From a virus, in IMG/VR virus record IMGVR_UViG_3300010401_000036, positions 3,382-67,381 of that record: a DNA stretch of 64,000 nucleotides. One strand, given 5' to 3'. The notes beneath the pieces were generated by a model. The model had not been told where the DNA came from. It was given only the letters and a program-made list of their open reading frames with translations, and did no database searches. Positions 28,314-37,629 of this stretch are shown one piece after another. Every line of letters starts with the position of its first letter. Position 1 is the first letter of the stretch. The translations under genes and the position numbers were made by a program.

Positions 28314-28840
28314 TATGAGGTCCTTCCATATTCCTTGTGAAGCCTGAGTGATGCTGTAACGTAAGCCGCATGAGCCTGTTCGGCCGTATCGAACATTCCG
28401 AGGTGTATTTCTTCGCCATCCGACTGGATAGTGGCTCGGAAACTGTTCTTATAGTCTCGTGTTACACCCTTGAATCCAGTGCTATTATCACATCGCCTCT
28501 TTCGATTCTTGGCGTTGTTAGCAGGGCTGCATTTTCTCAGGTTATCGATCCTATTGTCATCCCTATCGCAGTTTATGTGGTCAACCAACTCAGGCGGCCA
28601 CTCACCATGAACATAGAACCACGCCAACCTCGCTGCAGCATATCGGCGATTATTGATCGCTATTTGACGATAGCCTCCGCTATCAAGTCGGCCTGCAATG
28701 CATCCCTTTTGTTTTGGCATATATTTTGATGGATTTTTCCAAATAAAAATCCCAGTCTTTGGATCATAGTCCAAAAAATACAAAATTTCTTCATGCGTCA
28801 CTAAAGAGTTTGGCTTTCTCATCGCGGCATTCGGCTCCAA
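28313..28840 (-). CDS. HNH-AP2 homing endonuclease
   Basis: YDPKTGIF.W, VDHINCDRDDNRIDNLR, N.TGFKGV, HLGMFDTAEQAH.AY. Confidence 0.92.
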   Translation of the reverse strand: MEPNAAMRKPNSLVTHEEILYFLDYDPKTGIFIWKNPSKYMPKQKGCIAGRLDSGGYRQIAINNRRYAAARLAWFYVHGEWPPELVDHINCDRDDNRIDNLRKCSPANNAKNRKRRCDNSTGFKGVTRDYKNSFRATIQSDGEEIHLGMFDTAEQAHAAYVTASLRLHKEYGRTS

Positions 28841-29499
28841 AAGATATCTGTACTTTCTCTGGACCGCTCCAGAGCCTCATTTAGGATCAAAGCATAGTCT
28901 CTTGGAATGTTGAAATCTAAGGGAGACTGCCGGTGGACTAAATTAATTTCATTGTCCCATAGATAATAGCTATTCCAATATTTTTCCTTACCTAAAAGGC
29001 CATCGATCCTCTCCGAGTCAAACCGGAGGTATTCAACAAACGGATATTTACTAATAAATCTCAATTCTTGGCCGACTATCCACACGATCCATCTATGGTG
29101 GTGATACCCATAGAATGGCGGCGATCCGCCATCTACGCCGCGACCCAGCTCAGCGATTGGTGAGGGGCATTCAATGTACCCAGCGTTGCCAACCCGAGAC
29201 ATCTCCTTGATAAGGAGGAATGGGTTGTACATGTCCTCAAGCGTGTGGCGGCAGAAGACGAAATCGAACTCCTTGTCTGCAAACGGAAGTGGCTGCGTAC
29301 CGAGATCCACCTTGATCAGGTTGTCCACCCCAGGAACGTCCACAAAGTCAACGTAGACGTCCGCTCGCTTGAATGGCGCGTGGCCGGGCCCGACTTCCAG
29401 CACTCTTGCGTCTTTCGGGATGACTGTTTCGGTGAGGTAGTCCATGACGGACTGAATAGGAGCCCAATGCTTCTTGTCGTTTTGGGTGAGAGCCATCAA
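28819..29499 (-). CDS. class I SAM-dependent methyltransferase
   Basis: VLEVGPG, LPFADKEFDFVFCRHTLED..NP...KEMSRV. Confidence 0.85.
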   Translation of the reverse strand: MMALTQNDKKHWAPIQSVMDYLTETVIPKDARVLEVGPGHAPFKRADVYVDFVDVPGVDNLIKVDLGTQPLPFADKEFDFVFCRHTLEDMYNPFLLIKEMSRVGNAGYIECPSPIAELGRGVDGGSPPFYGYHHHRWIVWIVGQELRFISKYPFVEYLRFDSERIDGLLGKEKYWNSYYLWDNEINLVHRQSPLDFNIPRDYALILNEALERSRESTDIFWSRMPR

Positions 29500-29508
29500 A
29501 AAGTCCTG

Positions 29509-30666
29509 TCAGAGAAATTCAGCGTGATCTGGCATCTTCGTTGTGGGAAAGTCTACCTTCCCTTCTTTCCAATCGAATAGCCATTGGTTCGTGTGGGTTT
29601 GCAAGCACTGGGTGCCACAGCGATCCCGAGGGTCGAACTGATCACTGGCGAGATAGCGCACCATTTCCCAGTATCTGTCACTGGCGAAGATGTCTCTGAA
29701 TCGCGTGCTGACGATCGAATCAACATGGAATTTCTTGAACTTCTCGTTGAAGTGAAATCCGCAGCTCGTGATGAGGCCATTTCCGCTCATCTGAAGCTGG
29801 AAGGGAACGCCAAGGCATCGGCTGTAGTGCCGCTTGCCTTCATCAGCCAGCCGCGCCCATTTCACCACGACGCGGAACGTATCATCACCCATCTTCTCGA
29901 CTTCTCGGAAGGTGTCGTACAGAGCGTCGTACTTCTTGTAATCGACGCCAAGGTGACCCTCATCGTTATCGCTGCAATGCTTGTAGATCAGATACCCGGG
30001 CCTGATCTCCTGCGCCAGCTTAGCCAGCGGCATGATCTGATCATGGAACTGTGGCATTGTGACCATCTGCATGTTCACGACGCACGGCAGGTTATCGCGG
30101 CGCACGATTTCCATAGCGTCCTTGACGTTCTGGATAACCTGCCAGTAGTCCCGCTCCTTGAGGCCCATAATCTCCTTGTAGCGCGGCATCTCACCGGCCG
30201 AGAAGTTGAACCTCAGATAGGTGATGTGCGGAAGGATGCGCTCCAAAACCTTTTTCTTGAGCCGCACTCCGTTCGTTCCGATGCCGATCTTGATGCCGAG
30301 CTTGGCGGCGTATTCGATTGACTCCTCGTACCACGGCACAACCGTCGATTCGCCGTCGCTGATGAGACTGATGCCCTTGACGCCGATCTCAGCGGCATCC
30401 TCCAAAAACTCGAATGCGTGCTTCTTGGTGATCTCTCCGCCATCCTCAGAAGCCTGCATCGTCGCGAAACAAAAAACGCACGCCGCATTGCACTTTCGCG
30501 TCCACGCTACGTCCATCGTGACCGGGGCTATCCGCTCACCACGATCCCACGCCAGAACGCGATCTTTCCACCAGCCGACTTTGCTAGCATCAAGAATAAG
30601 ATCATTGACCGAGATGGTGGGAGACCCGGTGACGACGTGATCAAAGAACTCCGGTAGATTGCTCAT
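29509..30666 (-). CDS. radical SAM / SPASM-twitch protein
   Basis: CNAACVFC (CxxxCxxC), I.TNG, C-terminal C.......Q.SGNG....C and C...C. Confidence 0.9.
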   Translation of the reverse strand: MSNLPEFFDHVVTGSPTISVNDLILDASKVGWWKDRVLAWDRGERIAPVTMDVAWTRKCNAACVFCFATMQASEDGGEITKKHAFEFLEDAAEIGVKGISLISDGESTVVPWYEESIEYAAKLGIKIGIGTNGVRLKKKVLERILPHITYLRFNFSAGEMPRYKEIMGLKERDYWQVIQNVKDAMEIVRRDNLPCVVNMQMVTMPQFHDQIMPLAKLAQEIRPGYLIYKHCSDNDEGHLGVDYKKYDALYDTFREVEKMGDDTFRVVVKWARLADEGKRHYSRCLGVPFQLQMSGNGLITSCGFHFNEKFKKFHVDSIVSTRFRDIFASDRYWEMVRYLASDQFDPRDRCGTQCLQTHTNQWLFDWKEGKVDFPTTKMPDHAEFL

Positions 30667-30860
30667 ATGCGCTTTCTTTCTTCCTCAGTCATGAGGTTTC
30701 GGAGTTTCGAGTCATCAGGCATCGTCTCTTTGAACACCTCGATCGGAAGTCCAGTGGACACCCGAAGATGCTTCTCCAGATCGAACATAAGCTTGGCCTG
30801 AAGAGATCCTGCGATCTTCGGGCCGAACTTCATGATGATCTCGTAGTCCTTGTTAGCCAT
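30663..30860 (-). CDS. small protein coupled to the radical SAM gene
   Basis: Overlapping start/stop with neighbours; DDSKLR motif. Confidence 0.6.
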   Translation of the reverse strand: MANKDYEIIMKFGPKIAGSLQAKLMFDLEKHLRVSTGLPIEVFKETMPDDSKLRNLMTEEERKRI

Positions 30861-31053
30861 TCGGGTACCTTGCCTTTTTCACGTCATCAATGCACTGCGC
30901 CAATTCCAACGCGGTCTTGTTCATGCACTTCTTATCGTAATCATCCCAAGGACGCGACATTGAGCCAAGCTCAGCTACAAGGAACAAAACGCCGATCGAA
31001 AAAACCAGAGCACCAACTCCAAATTTGGCTATCCGTCTGTCCTCTCGCGTCAT
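30853..31053 (-). CDS. small membrane protein
   Basis: One TM segment; overlapping junctions. Confidence 0.5.
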   Translation of the reverse strand: MTREDRRIAKFGVGALVFSIGVLFLVAELGSMSRPWDDYDKKCMNKTALELAQCIDDVKKARYPNG

Positions 31054-31589
31054 GACTTAGCCCTCTGATCCTTATACCGATCGGTGTACTCACAGATGAT
31101 GGTCGATCGCGGTGAATGCAACGCCGCTACATACGCGGGTACGATCTGGTCCTCTCGGTCAAGAGTGACCACGTCAGTTGTCCTCAACATAGCGCGGAAT
31201 GGAGCGGTAAAATCGTCGTCATGCTGCGGGCCTGGATAGAACGGGGATGTGCTCGGGGTCGCCGTTCGGATGATCACCTTTGGCCGGTACTCGGAATACA
31301 GGCTAAGCCGGTCTAGGTGATTAACTATCTGATTTGTGGCGCAAATCAAGAAGTTCCATCTGGGAAACGTACATACGGGGACAAACCCCTGCAATGACAT
31401 CCCAATCGCCATACCCATCTGCATGTCCTCGGCCACGGGCATCTCAATCCGCTTCTCTGGGGCGATGCCGCGGAAGGACGGCGCAATAGTCGTGCCATCG
31501 CAGCCGACTCCCTGACCCATGAAGATGACGCGCTCATCACTAGCTAGGGCTTGCATCGCAAGGCAGAGGTGATCGAAGTAGCTCATCAT
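31050..31589 (-). CDS. ThDP-dependent enzyme beta subunit (E1-beta / transketolase pyrimidine-binding domain)
   Basis: FMGQGV, EMPVAEDMQMGMAIGMSL.G..PV, NQIVNHLD, GPQH. Confidence 0.88.
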   Translation of the reverse strand: MMSYFDHLCLAMQALASDERVIFMGQGVGCDGTTIAPSFRGIAPEKRIEMPVAEDMQMGMAIGMSLQGFVPVCTFPRWNFLICATNQIVNHLDRLSLYSEYRPKVIIRTATPSTSPFYPGPQHDDDFTAPFRAMLRTTDVVTLDREDQIVPAYVAALHSPRSTIICEYTDRYKDQRAKS

Positions 31590-31771
31590 CCAATGCCCGG
31601 CTTGAGAACTTGAACAGAGAAATGCCCAGCTTGGCCTTCCTCTCGGACAAGGATGCCGCTTCCATCCCCAAAGCTTATATGGAGGACGTCGTATCCTTTG
31701 CTGTCCTGCGTTTTGCAGCAACCGACAACGGTCTTGCCCAAGACCGGGATATGTTCTTCAGAAGCTGACAT
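31586..31771 (-). CDS. hypothetical protein
   Basis: Fills the gap between the E1 subunits with overlapping junctions. Confidence 0.45.
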   Translation of the reverse strand: MSASEEHIPVLGKTVVGCCKTQDSKGYDVLHISFGDGSGILVREEGQAGHFSVQVLKPGIG

Positions 31772-32339
31772 GTTTTCCGATCCCGACATGAGGCCTCGTC
31801 AACTCATACCGATAGCTCAGATAAGGCGAGTGTCCGCATCGTCCCCACACTTCCTTCGTATCAGTGCAGACGGACTTTCCGTTGTCCTCCGTCACGAAGT
31901 TGATCGGAAGTTCATGCCCGTGAGCATAGCGCTCCGTCTCGCTGATGATCCCCGTCCTCGCCGTCATGTCGCCCATGAAGACCCAGACCTTGCCCGGTTT
32001 TCCGCTGCGCTTGAGGCCCCAGGCGATGCCCATCGCGATCGGAGCGATCCCGCCGACGATCGCGGAAGATATCACCCGATACTTCGGAAAGCAGAGGGCA
32101 ATTGAATGACCGGCCAGGATGGCCGCTTTCAGTTCTTCAGGAGGGACGCCAGCCAATAACGCGTGGTAGTGCATACGCCAGCCGCCGCAGACCCAATCGT
32201 TTTCCAAATCGATACGCTTGAACAGGTCAATAAGCTGCTGCTCGTTCCCGCCGGCCAAATGGAGCGGGGAACGGATCTGTCCCGCCTCGAACAAGGCTGC
32301 CATCTCTGCCTCGAAGGATAGGAGGTCTTGCGGGGTCAA
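31758..32339 (-). CDS. ThDP-dependent enzyme alpha subunit (E1-alpha-like)
   Basis: P.HL.GG.E, WR.HYHALL.G, SAIVGG..PIA.G.A, F.GD...(ThDP motif)...EDN..SV.T. Confidence 0.88.
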   Translation of the reverse strand: MTPQDLLSFEAEMAALFEAGQIRSPLHLAGGNEQQLIDLFKRIDLENDWVCGGWRMHYHALLAGVPPEELKAAILAGHSIALCFPKYRVISSAIVGGIAPIAMGIAWGLKRSGKPGKVWVFMGDMTARTGIISETERYAHGHELPINFVTEDNGKSVCTDTKEVWGRCGHSPYLSYRYELTRPHVGIGKHVSF

Positions 32340-32554
32340 TGCAGTAACCGCCTTTCATCTTGATCCATCGCAGCGTCAGCGCGACGCGTCAGTTCATCAA
32401 ACGAGAGTCCGCGAGATACTCCGGTCTTATCGGCCCGGCCGTTGGCGAACCCATGTCGATACGAGGCGGATCGATTGGCGGATGGCTCAGGGGCATTGAG
32501 GTCATAGCCATCCATGAAACCTTGAACCATGTCGTCATCGGCTGGCTTCGTCAT
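32336..32554 (-). CDS. hypothetical protein
   Basis: MTKPADDD start; short GY.DG / Y.HGF..G repeats. Confidence 0.45.
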   Translation of the reverse strand: MTKPADDDMVQGFMDGYDLNAPEPSANRSASYRHGFANGRADKTGVSRGLSFDELTRRADAAMDQDERRLLH

Positions 32555-32681
32555 TTCACCATCCCCAGCGCCTTGCCGATCCGGTACAGGACCAAGTTGC
32601 GATCGATCCGCCAGCCTCGCTGCTCCAAGCGGAAGTGCAGGATGCTGTGACTGGTCGTGTCGAGGAGGTAGCTGGGGATTT

Positions 32682-33275
32682 TCATTTGGCCTTATCCTTC
32701 TCAATCACTTCGTCCAAAATCGAATGCAGGATGGCGAGGTGTGCGATCTCGACCGTACCATAATGATTCGATGGAACATAGAAGTTCACCTGGCCTTTGG
32801 TCCGTAGGAAATTGCCGACGCCAAACCCGCTTAGCGTGACCACATTCATCCGCATGCCGACCGCTACATCGGCCGCGCGCAGGATGTCCTCGCTCATTCC
32901 AGAACTCGAGATCGCGAACAATACGTCCCCAAGCTGACCATGCCGCACGATCATCTCGGAATAGATCCGGTCAAACCCGTAGTCGTTGCCGTAGCAGCTC
33001 ATGAGGGCCGAATCTGGCGGGCCGAAAGTTGGGAATTGGCCATTCTTCTGCCAGTCGCAGGCCATGTGACTGGCTACCGCCGCTGAGCCGCCGTTTCCAA
33101 TGAAAAACACTCGGGACTTTTGCAGGCCGTATTGAGTGATGAGGTTGTGGACGACTTGATAGCCGTCCGGCTCGACTTGGATGCCGCCCAGAGCAAAGCC
33201 CAAACTAGCAAAGCTGTCTCGCTCATAGCCCCATGGATGAGGAGCGGTTGTCAGGGCTATCCCATCTCCCATCAC
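32682..33275 (-). CDS. gmhA: phosphoheptose isomerase (SIS domain, GmhA-like)
   Basis: IGNGGSAA.ASH.A.D, NDYG, GDVL.AISSSG.S, TLSG, VE.AHL. Confidence 0.9.
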   Translation of the reverse strand: MMGDGIALTTAPHPWGYERDSFASLGFALGGIQVEPDGYQVVHNLITQYGLQKSRVFFIGNGGSAAVASHMACDWQKNGQFPTFGPPDSALMSCYGNDYGFDRIYSEMIVRHGQLGDVLFAISSSGMSEDILRAADVAVGMRMNVVTLSGFGVGNFLRTKGQVNFYVPSNHYGTVEIAHLAILHSILDEVIEKDKAK

Positions 33276-33432
33276 GACAGCAACTCCTTCGCCACCAGTT
33301 CCGCTATTTTTTGTCTCCCAGCGTAGTCATCATACGGAACACATAGCTGTGCAACCAACCTGTCGTATTCTCTGACAAACCTGTCCTTGATGTCGTCAGG
33401 CTGATCCCTGACTAATTCGTAGATTGATTTTG

Positions 33433-34797
33433 TCATGCCAACAACGCCTCCAGCGTCTGCAAAATCTCATCCCGCCCGACGTGTCGCTTGTGCCCGAGGA
33501 TAGACACCTTGATCGCCCCGACGACATTCCCCACCAGCGCAGCGCATGCCAAGTCGAGCCCTGCGGCCACCAGCGGCGCTGTTACCGCCATGACGGCATC
33601 GCCAGCCCCCATCGTGTCGATGCCGCCTCGCGCCAGCGCTGGGGCATTGCCGCTGTGTAGAGCATGAAACCAGTTCGATCCGAAGCGCCCATGAGTGATC
33701 AGGAACCGGCCGCAGGATATCCGCTTGCCAAGCTCGTTCACGACCTTCGTCATTGGCTCTCTCTGCATCCCGGCCGCTAACCGCGCCTCCGGGTCGTCAA
33801 TGCAGATATAGTCCGCGCCGAGATATTTGGTAACCAGATTGAACCCATAGTTGCCGGCGTTCGTCTGGCTGTTGAGGGCGAGGAAATTGGAGCGATTCAA
33901 CAACTCCCGTTCTTCCTGCCCAATAAGCCCATGGCCGAAATCGTTGACCACCACGACATCCGCATCCTTGATGCCGTCGCGAAGCTTTGCACAAAACGCC
34001 TCGCGGTCGTTGTCTAACATCCTGATTTCGCGCGCCTGGTAGACGTCGAATATCTTGCGCTTGAAGTCCTGATCCACGTACCGGGTTTTCGAAATCCCAG
34101 TGCTTCTTGGGTGGCTCAGATACGAGCTGTTCGGCCACTCCCCATGCTTTGATGCGGCGATGACCCCACCTTCAAACGCATCCGTTCCTGTCTCAACCGT
34201 CGCCAGCATCAGTTCCTTTGACGCCCTTCCCAGCCCTTGGACATATCGGTAAACATCAAGGATAATCTCGCCGACGAACAGGACCTTCAGCTTGTCGGCC
34301 GCTTCGAAGGCCTCAAGGATCTTGTCCCGAGCGCCTATGTTCTTCATGAAGTCCAGGTATTGGCAAACGTCGTCGGAGAACGTCTCGCCCTTCAGTATCC
34401 GGGAAGACGACCACTTATGTCCCCCCGTGATCTTCATCTTCCCGCCGACCTCCGCAATGGCCTCGCGCTCCTTGGCAAGGCCAGGGTTGGTCGAGCCAGC
34501 ATAGTCCACGCCCTTGACGTAGAAGTTTGGCCTGAGCCTGCGGATCAGGTCCCACGCCCCTTCCTCGTCATTGACGACAACCTCGTCCACACAGCCAAGC
34601 GCGCGGACTGATTCGGCCCGTTGCTCTGCATTGAAGTGAGGCCTGCCCATGCCCTTCTTGACGAACCGATCGGAGACCACGGAGACCACAAGCCAATCGC
34701 CGAACTTAGCCGCCTCCTGCAAATGGCGGATGTGGCCAAGGTGCAGGAGGTCCCATACGCCATGGCATAGGACAACGGTGCGAGGGTTGATGATCAT
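33433..34797 (-). CDS. bifunctional nucleotidyltransferase + PfkB kinase (HldE/RfaE-like, reversed domain order)
   Basis: N-terminal HG.WDLLH.GH, KG.GRP, KG.DY, SSS; C-terminal VGE.I.D, DFGHG, DT.GAGDA. Confidence 0.88.
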   Translation of the reverse strand: MIINPRTVVLCHGVWDLLHLGHIRHLQEAAKFGDWLVVSVVSDRFVKKGMGRPHFNAEQRAESVRALGCVDEVVVNDEEGAWDLIRRLRPNFYVKGVDYAGSTNPGLAKEREAIAEVGGKMKITGGHKWSSSRILKGETFSDDVCQYLDFMKNIGARDKILEAFEAADKLKVLFVGEIILDVYRYVQGLGRASKELMLATVETGTDAFEGGVIAASKHGEWPNSSYLSHPRSTGISKTRYVDQDFKRKIFDVYQAREIRMLDNDREAFCAKLRDGIKDADVVVVNDFGHGLIGQEERELLNRSNFLALNSQTNAGNYGFNLVTKYLGADYICIDDPEARLAAGMQREPMTKVVNELGKRISCGRFLITHGRFGSNWFHALHSGNAPALARGGIDTMGAGDAVMAVTAPLVAAGLDLACAALVGNVVGAIKVSILGHKRHVGRDEILQTLEALLA

Positions 34798-35300
34798 TTC
34801 GCCGAGGCAGCCTGCATAGAGATCACAAGAGGTTCTACACGCAACCGTATTGGCTGATCACTGTAGAGATAGCCGCCATCCCACTGCCGGTAGACGCCAT
34901 CTGTGTTCCAATAGAAAATGTAGGCTGAGGAACTACCCCACGTTCCCTCGTCAGATGCCGCCGCGCGGGTCACAGTGTTCTGTCCCCCTCCCCATGCTGA
35001 ACTGGCACGGTCTGGCGGCGTTAGGCGTTTCCCGCCACTGGTGACCTTGCCCTTGACGCCTTCATAGAGGATCGGCTGTCCAGCTTGATTGAGCAGAAGA
35101 ATGAAGCCATACTTCCCGGGATCGGCTGTCAGCTCAAGACGCTTCTTGATGTTGTCGATTTCAGCATTTTCGTCGAACTTGATCGATTGCGCAGCCGCAG
35201 CAGCTTTTTCGGCTTGCTGATTCTTGTTGGATTGAGGGAGGTCTTCACAGCCGACCAGAGCGAGGCAAGCAAGCAGAGGCAGCATAATGGCGCGGTTCAT
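34794..35300 (-). CDS. lipoprotein
   Basis: Lipobox LVGC after a signal peptide; GKVTSG, DGT.GSS..YIF pattern. Confidence 0.7.
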   Translation of the reverse strand: MNRAIMLPLLACLALVGCEDLPQSNKNQQAEKAAAAAQSIKFDENAEIDNIKKRLELTADPGKYGFILLLNQAGQPILYEGVKGKVTSGGKRLTPPDRASSAWGGGQNTVTRAAASDEGTWGSSSAYIFYWNTDGVYRQWDGGYLYSDQPIRLRVEPLVISMQAASAK

Positions 35301-35731
35301 TCGCACTCTCCAGAATTGAGTTGATCGGGAAGGCTTCGCTCGCGGAAAATTCCGCGATTCATCTTGGCGGCGTTGGCGTTGTAGCGGCGGGATAGATCCC
35401 GGCATGACTGCTGGACTGCGGCCATCTCGATCCGAAGACGGGAGCGTTCTTGCGGGTCCTGTTCTGCGGCGCCCATTGCCTTGAATTGGCGGACTTGGGC
35501 AACGCGGGCCAAATAGTTGCCGTTGGCATCGTGGAACCATTCGTAGTTGTTGATGACATTGTCGGCGTCCAGCGTTTTGCTGATGATGCGGCCGGGCTGC
35601 ATGGCGATGTTGACGCTCCAGCCCACACCGCCGAGCACAATCATCCCGACGAAAAGTCCGACTGCCACGCGAGGCATCGACCAATAGTATTCGGATTGAG
35701 CCTCGCGAAAGTCTTTTCGATATTCAGACAT
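35297..35731 (-). CDS. membrane-anchored hypothetical protein
   Basis: N-terminal TM; YEWFHD...YNA pattern; coupled to the lipoprotein gene. Confidence 0.7.
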   Translation of the reverse strand: MSEYRKDFREAQSEYYWSMPRVAVGLFVGMIVLGGVGWSVNIAMQPGRIISKTLDADNVINNYEWFHDANGNYLARVAQVRQFKAMGAAEQDPQERSRLRIEMAAVQQSCRDLSRRYNANAAKMNRGIFRERSLPDQLNSGECE

Positions 35732-35737
35732 CGTTGT

Positions 35738-36661
35738 TTACCCCTTTTGTGGCAGCAGAAACTTTCGAAACATTTCCTGCTCACTCTCCGGCATGCCATA
35801 GTCCTCCAGCAAACGCGGAATCAGCGCAATGGCCCGCTGCTTCACCCGGTTATACCGCTCGTCAGGAGGGAGATTGCCGGCCCATTGTGAGAGCTGCTTG
35901 TCTTGCGCACGCACCCCGGAATTGATCATTCGCGACCGAACCTCGATCAGCGGATGATGGGTCTTCAACAGGTTGATTTGCCACTCAGGCGTGGAGGAGC
36001 GGAAGTCCTCGTGGTCCATGATGTCGTGGGCCTGCTTGCGCCGCATCAGATACGCGGCGTCAAAGAACGTAGCCCACCACCCCGGCTCACGCATTTCCTG
36101 CGTAATGCCAGGTCTGGACTGATCCGTGCGGATGTTGGCGAACGATATGCGCCCAATGATGCGCGCCACGTCGTCCGTCCAATGATCCACGAACCAGTAC
36201 GGGAATAGCGGCGGGAAGATCACTCCGCCCATCAGATCGCAGAGCTTGCGCGTCGGCGCTACAGCTCCGGAGAATGACAGGTTTGCGAGATGGCCGTAGA
36301 CCATTCCTGTGGAATCTGGGAATCGCTTCGCAGCCTCGATGATAAGGGTATCGTACCCAGGTGTGACGTAAGGATCGTCATCGGCTGCGACAAGATACAC
36401 GTCTGCTGGTTCGGTGAGAGCGCGATTCCACTTCTCAGCGATTGTGTCTTCTCGCGGTCGTACATTCGGAACAACTCGCGACTCCCTGACACATGGGAGT
36501 GCATCCAAGAGTCCACAAGTCTGCTCCAGAGTTGGATCATCGTCATCAAGCTGGACCTGCATGACGGTCTCTGGGTGAGACCAGTTGGCATACGATCGTT
36601 GAATGGTATCGATGAGCCGATCCGGACGGCCTCGCGTAGCCATTGAGATAACTAAGCGCAT
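35738..36661 (-). CDS. glycosyltransferase (GT2-like)
   Basis: ISMATRGRP, LDDDDP, KWN, AADDD, F.YWFVD.W. Confidence 0.75.
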   Translation of the reverse strand: MRLVISMATRGRPDRLIDTIQRSYANWSHPETVMQVQLDDDDPTLEQTCGLLDALPCVRESRVVPNVRPREDTIAEKWNRALTEPADVYLVAADDDPYVTPGYDTLIIEAAKRFPDSTGMVYGHLANLSFSGAVAPTRKLCDLMGGVIFPPLFPYWFVDHWTDDVARIIGRISFANIRTDQSRPGITQEMREPGWWATFFDAAYLMRRKQAHDIMDHEDFRSSTPEWQINLLKTHHPLIEVRSRMINSGVRAQDKQLSQWAGNLPPDERYNRVKQRAIALIPRLLEDYGMPESEQEMFRKFLLPQKG

Positions 36662-36689
36662 GCTTTCCTCTATACGGCGCGCGTGCGCC

Positions 36690-36896
36690 TCAATCTCTTT
36701 TTGATTTAGGTGGTAGTGACTTCTTCAACGGATCGCGCACAAACAGATCACAAACATAGCCAAAACTAACGCGCCTAGTAAGATTTTCACATCTGCTACT
36801 TTCGATGTCGAGGAATTTGCAAACTCTGCAAAACTTTTCATGACTATAATTTGCTGACCTATAGCCAACCTCAGATGGCTTAAATTTATCTGGCAT
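36690..36896 (-). CDS. HiPIP-like small four-cysteine protein
   Basis: V.Y....C..C.F.....C.......G..C..F spacing; no signal peptide. Confidence 0.6.
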   Translation of the reverse strand: MPDKFKPSEVGYRSANYSHEKFCRVCKFLDIESSRCENLTRRVSFGYVCDLFVRDPLKKSLPPKSKRD

Positions 36897-36918
36897 AGCG
36901 CACGCCTTCCTCGAAAAC

Positions 36919-37629
36919 TTATTCCCCGTCGTCGACCTGATAGGATCGCTGATTGTTGATATTTAGGACATCCAGGCTCTTGTCAATCTGCATTCGGATA
37001 CCTCCGCCCGTGCCGCGGTACTTACCGTTCATCTCGAACCCGTCGCCCAGATCCTTCTTCACACCGGCCAGTTTCAGGCTCTCATTGCGATCGCTAATGA
37101 GCTGTCGGGCGTTGCGGATGTCCTCGGCCTGCGCTTCCTCGGTCAGGACCGTTGGCCGCTCCATGAGCATCTGTTGGCCGCGGATGATGTTGCCCTTGCT
37201 GCCCTTGGGGACCAGTGTGCCGGCGTAGCGCTCGGCCGGGACAGGGCGCCAACCGTTCTGGTGCATCATGTGATTCTGGTCGAGCAGGATTTCAGAGTTG
37301 CCGGCGACACTGACTGAGTTCCACTGATACGACCATCCCTTCGGAATCATGTCCTTTGGAATGTCGAAGATGTCGCCGACCTGCGTGCGGGTACGCGACA
37401 GCACCTCGCCGTCACGTCCCGTGACCTCGATTCGCCCGTCTGGCCTCGTCCGGATTTCGCCCCGGGTCGCCGTGCGCGCCGCTGCTACGGGCTCATCCTG
37501 ATAGATCGGGGCTTTCTTGACCTGACGGGTGACGGGCTCAGCCTGCGCTGCCCGCGCTGCTCGAGCAGCCTTGCTGCGGCCGTCGATCTTCGTCTCGCTG
37601 GATTTTACGATCTCAGGTTCGTCATTCAT
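36919..37629 (-). CDS. head-region protein (paralog 1)
   Basis: IP..MIP.GW.YQW, GWRPVP, MLMERP motifs; follows the scaffold gene. Confidence 0.75.
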   Translation of the reverse strand: MNDEPEIVKSSETKIDGRSKAARAARAAQAEPVTRQVKKAPIYQDEPVAAARTATRGEIRTRPDGRIEVTGRDGEVLSRTRTQVGDIFDIPKDMIPKGWSYQWNSVSVAGNSEILLDQNHMMHQNGWRPVPAERYAGTLVPKGSKGNIIRGQQMLMERPTVLTEEAQAEDIRNARQLISDRNESLKLAGVKKDLGDGFEMNGKYRGTGGGIRMQIDKSLDVLNINNQRSYQVDDGE

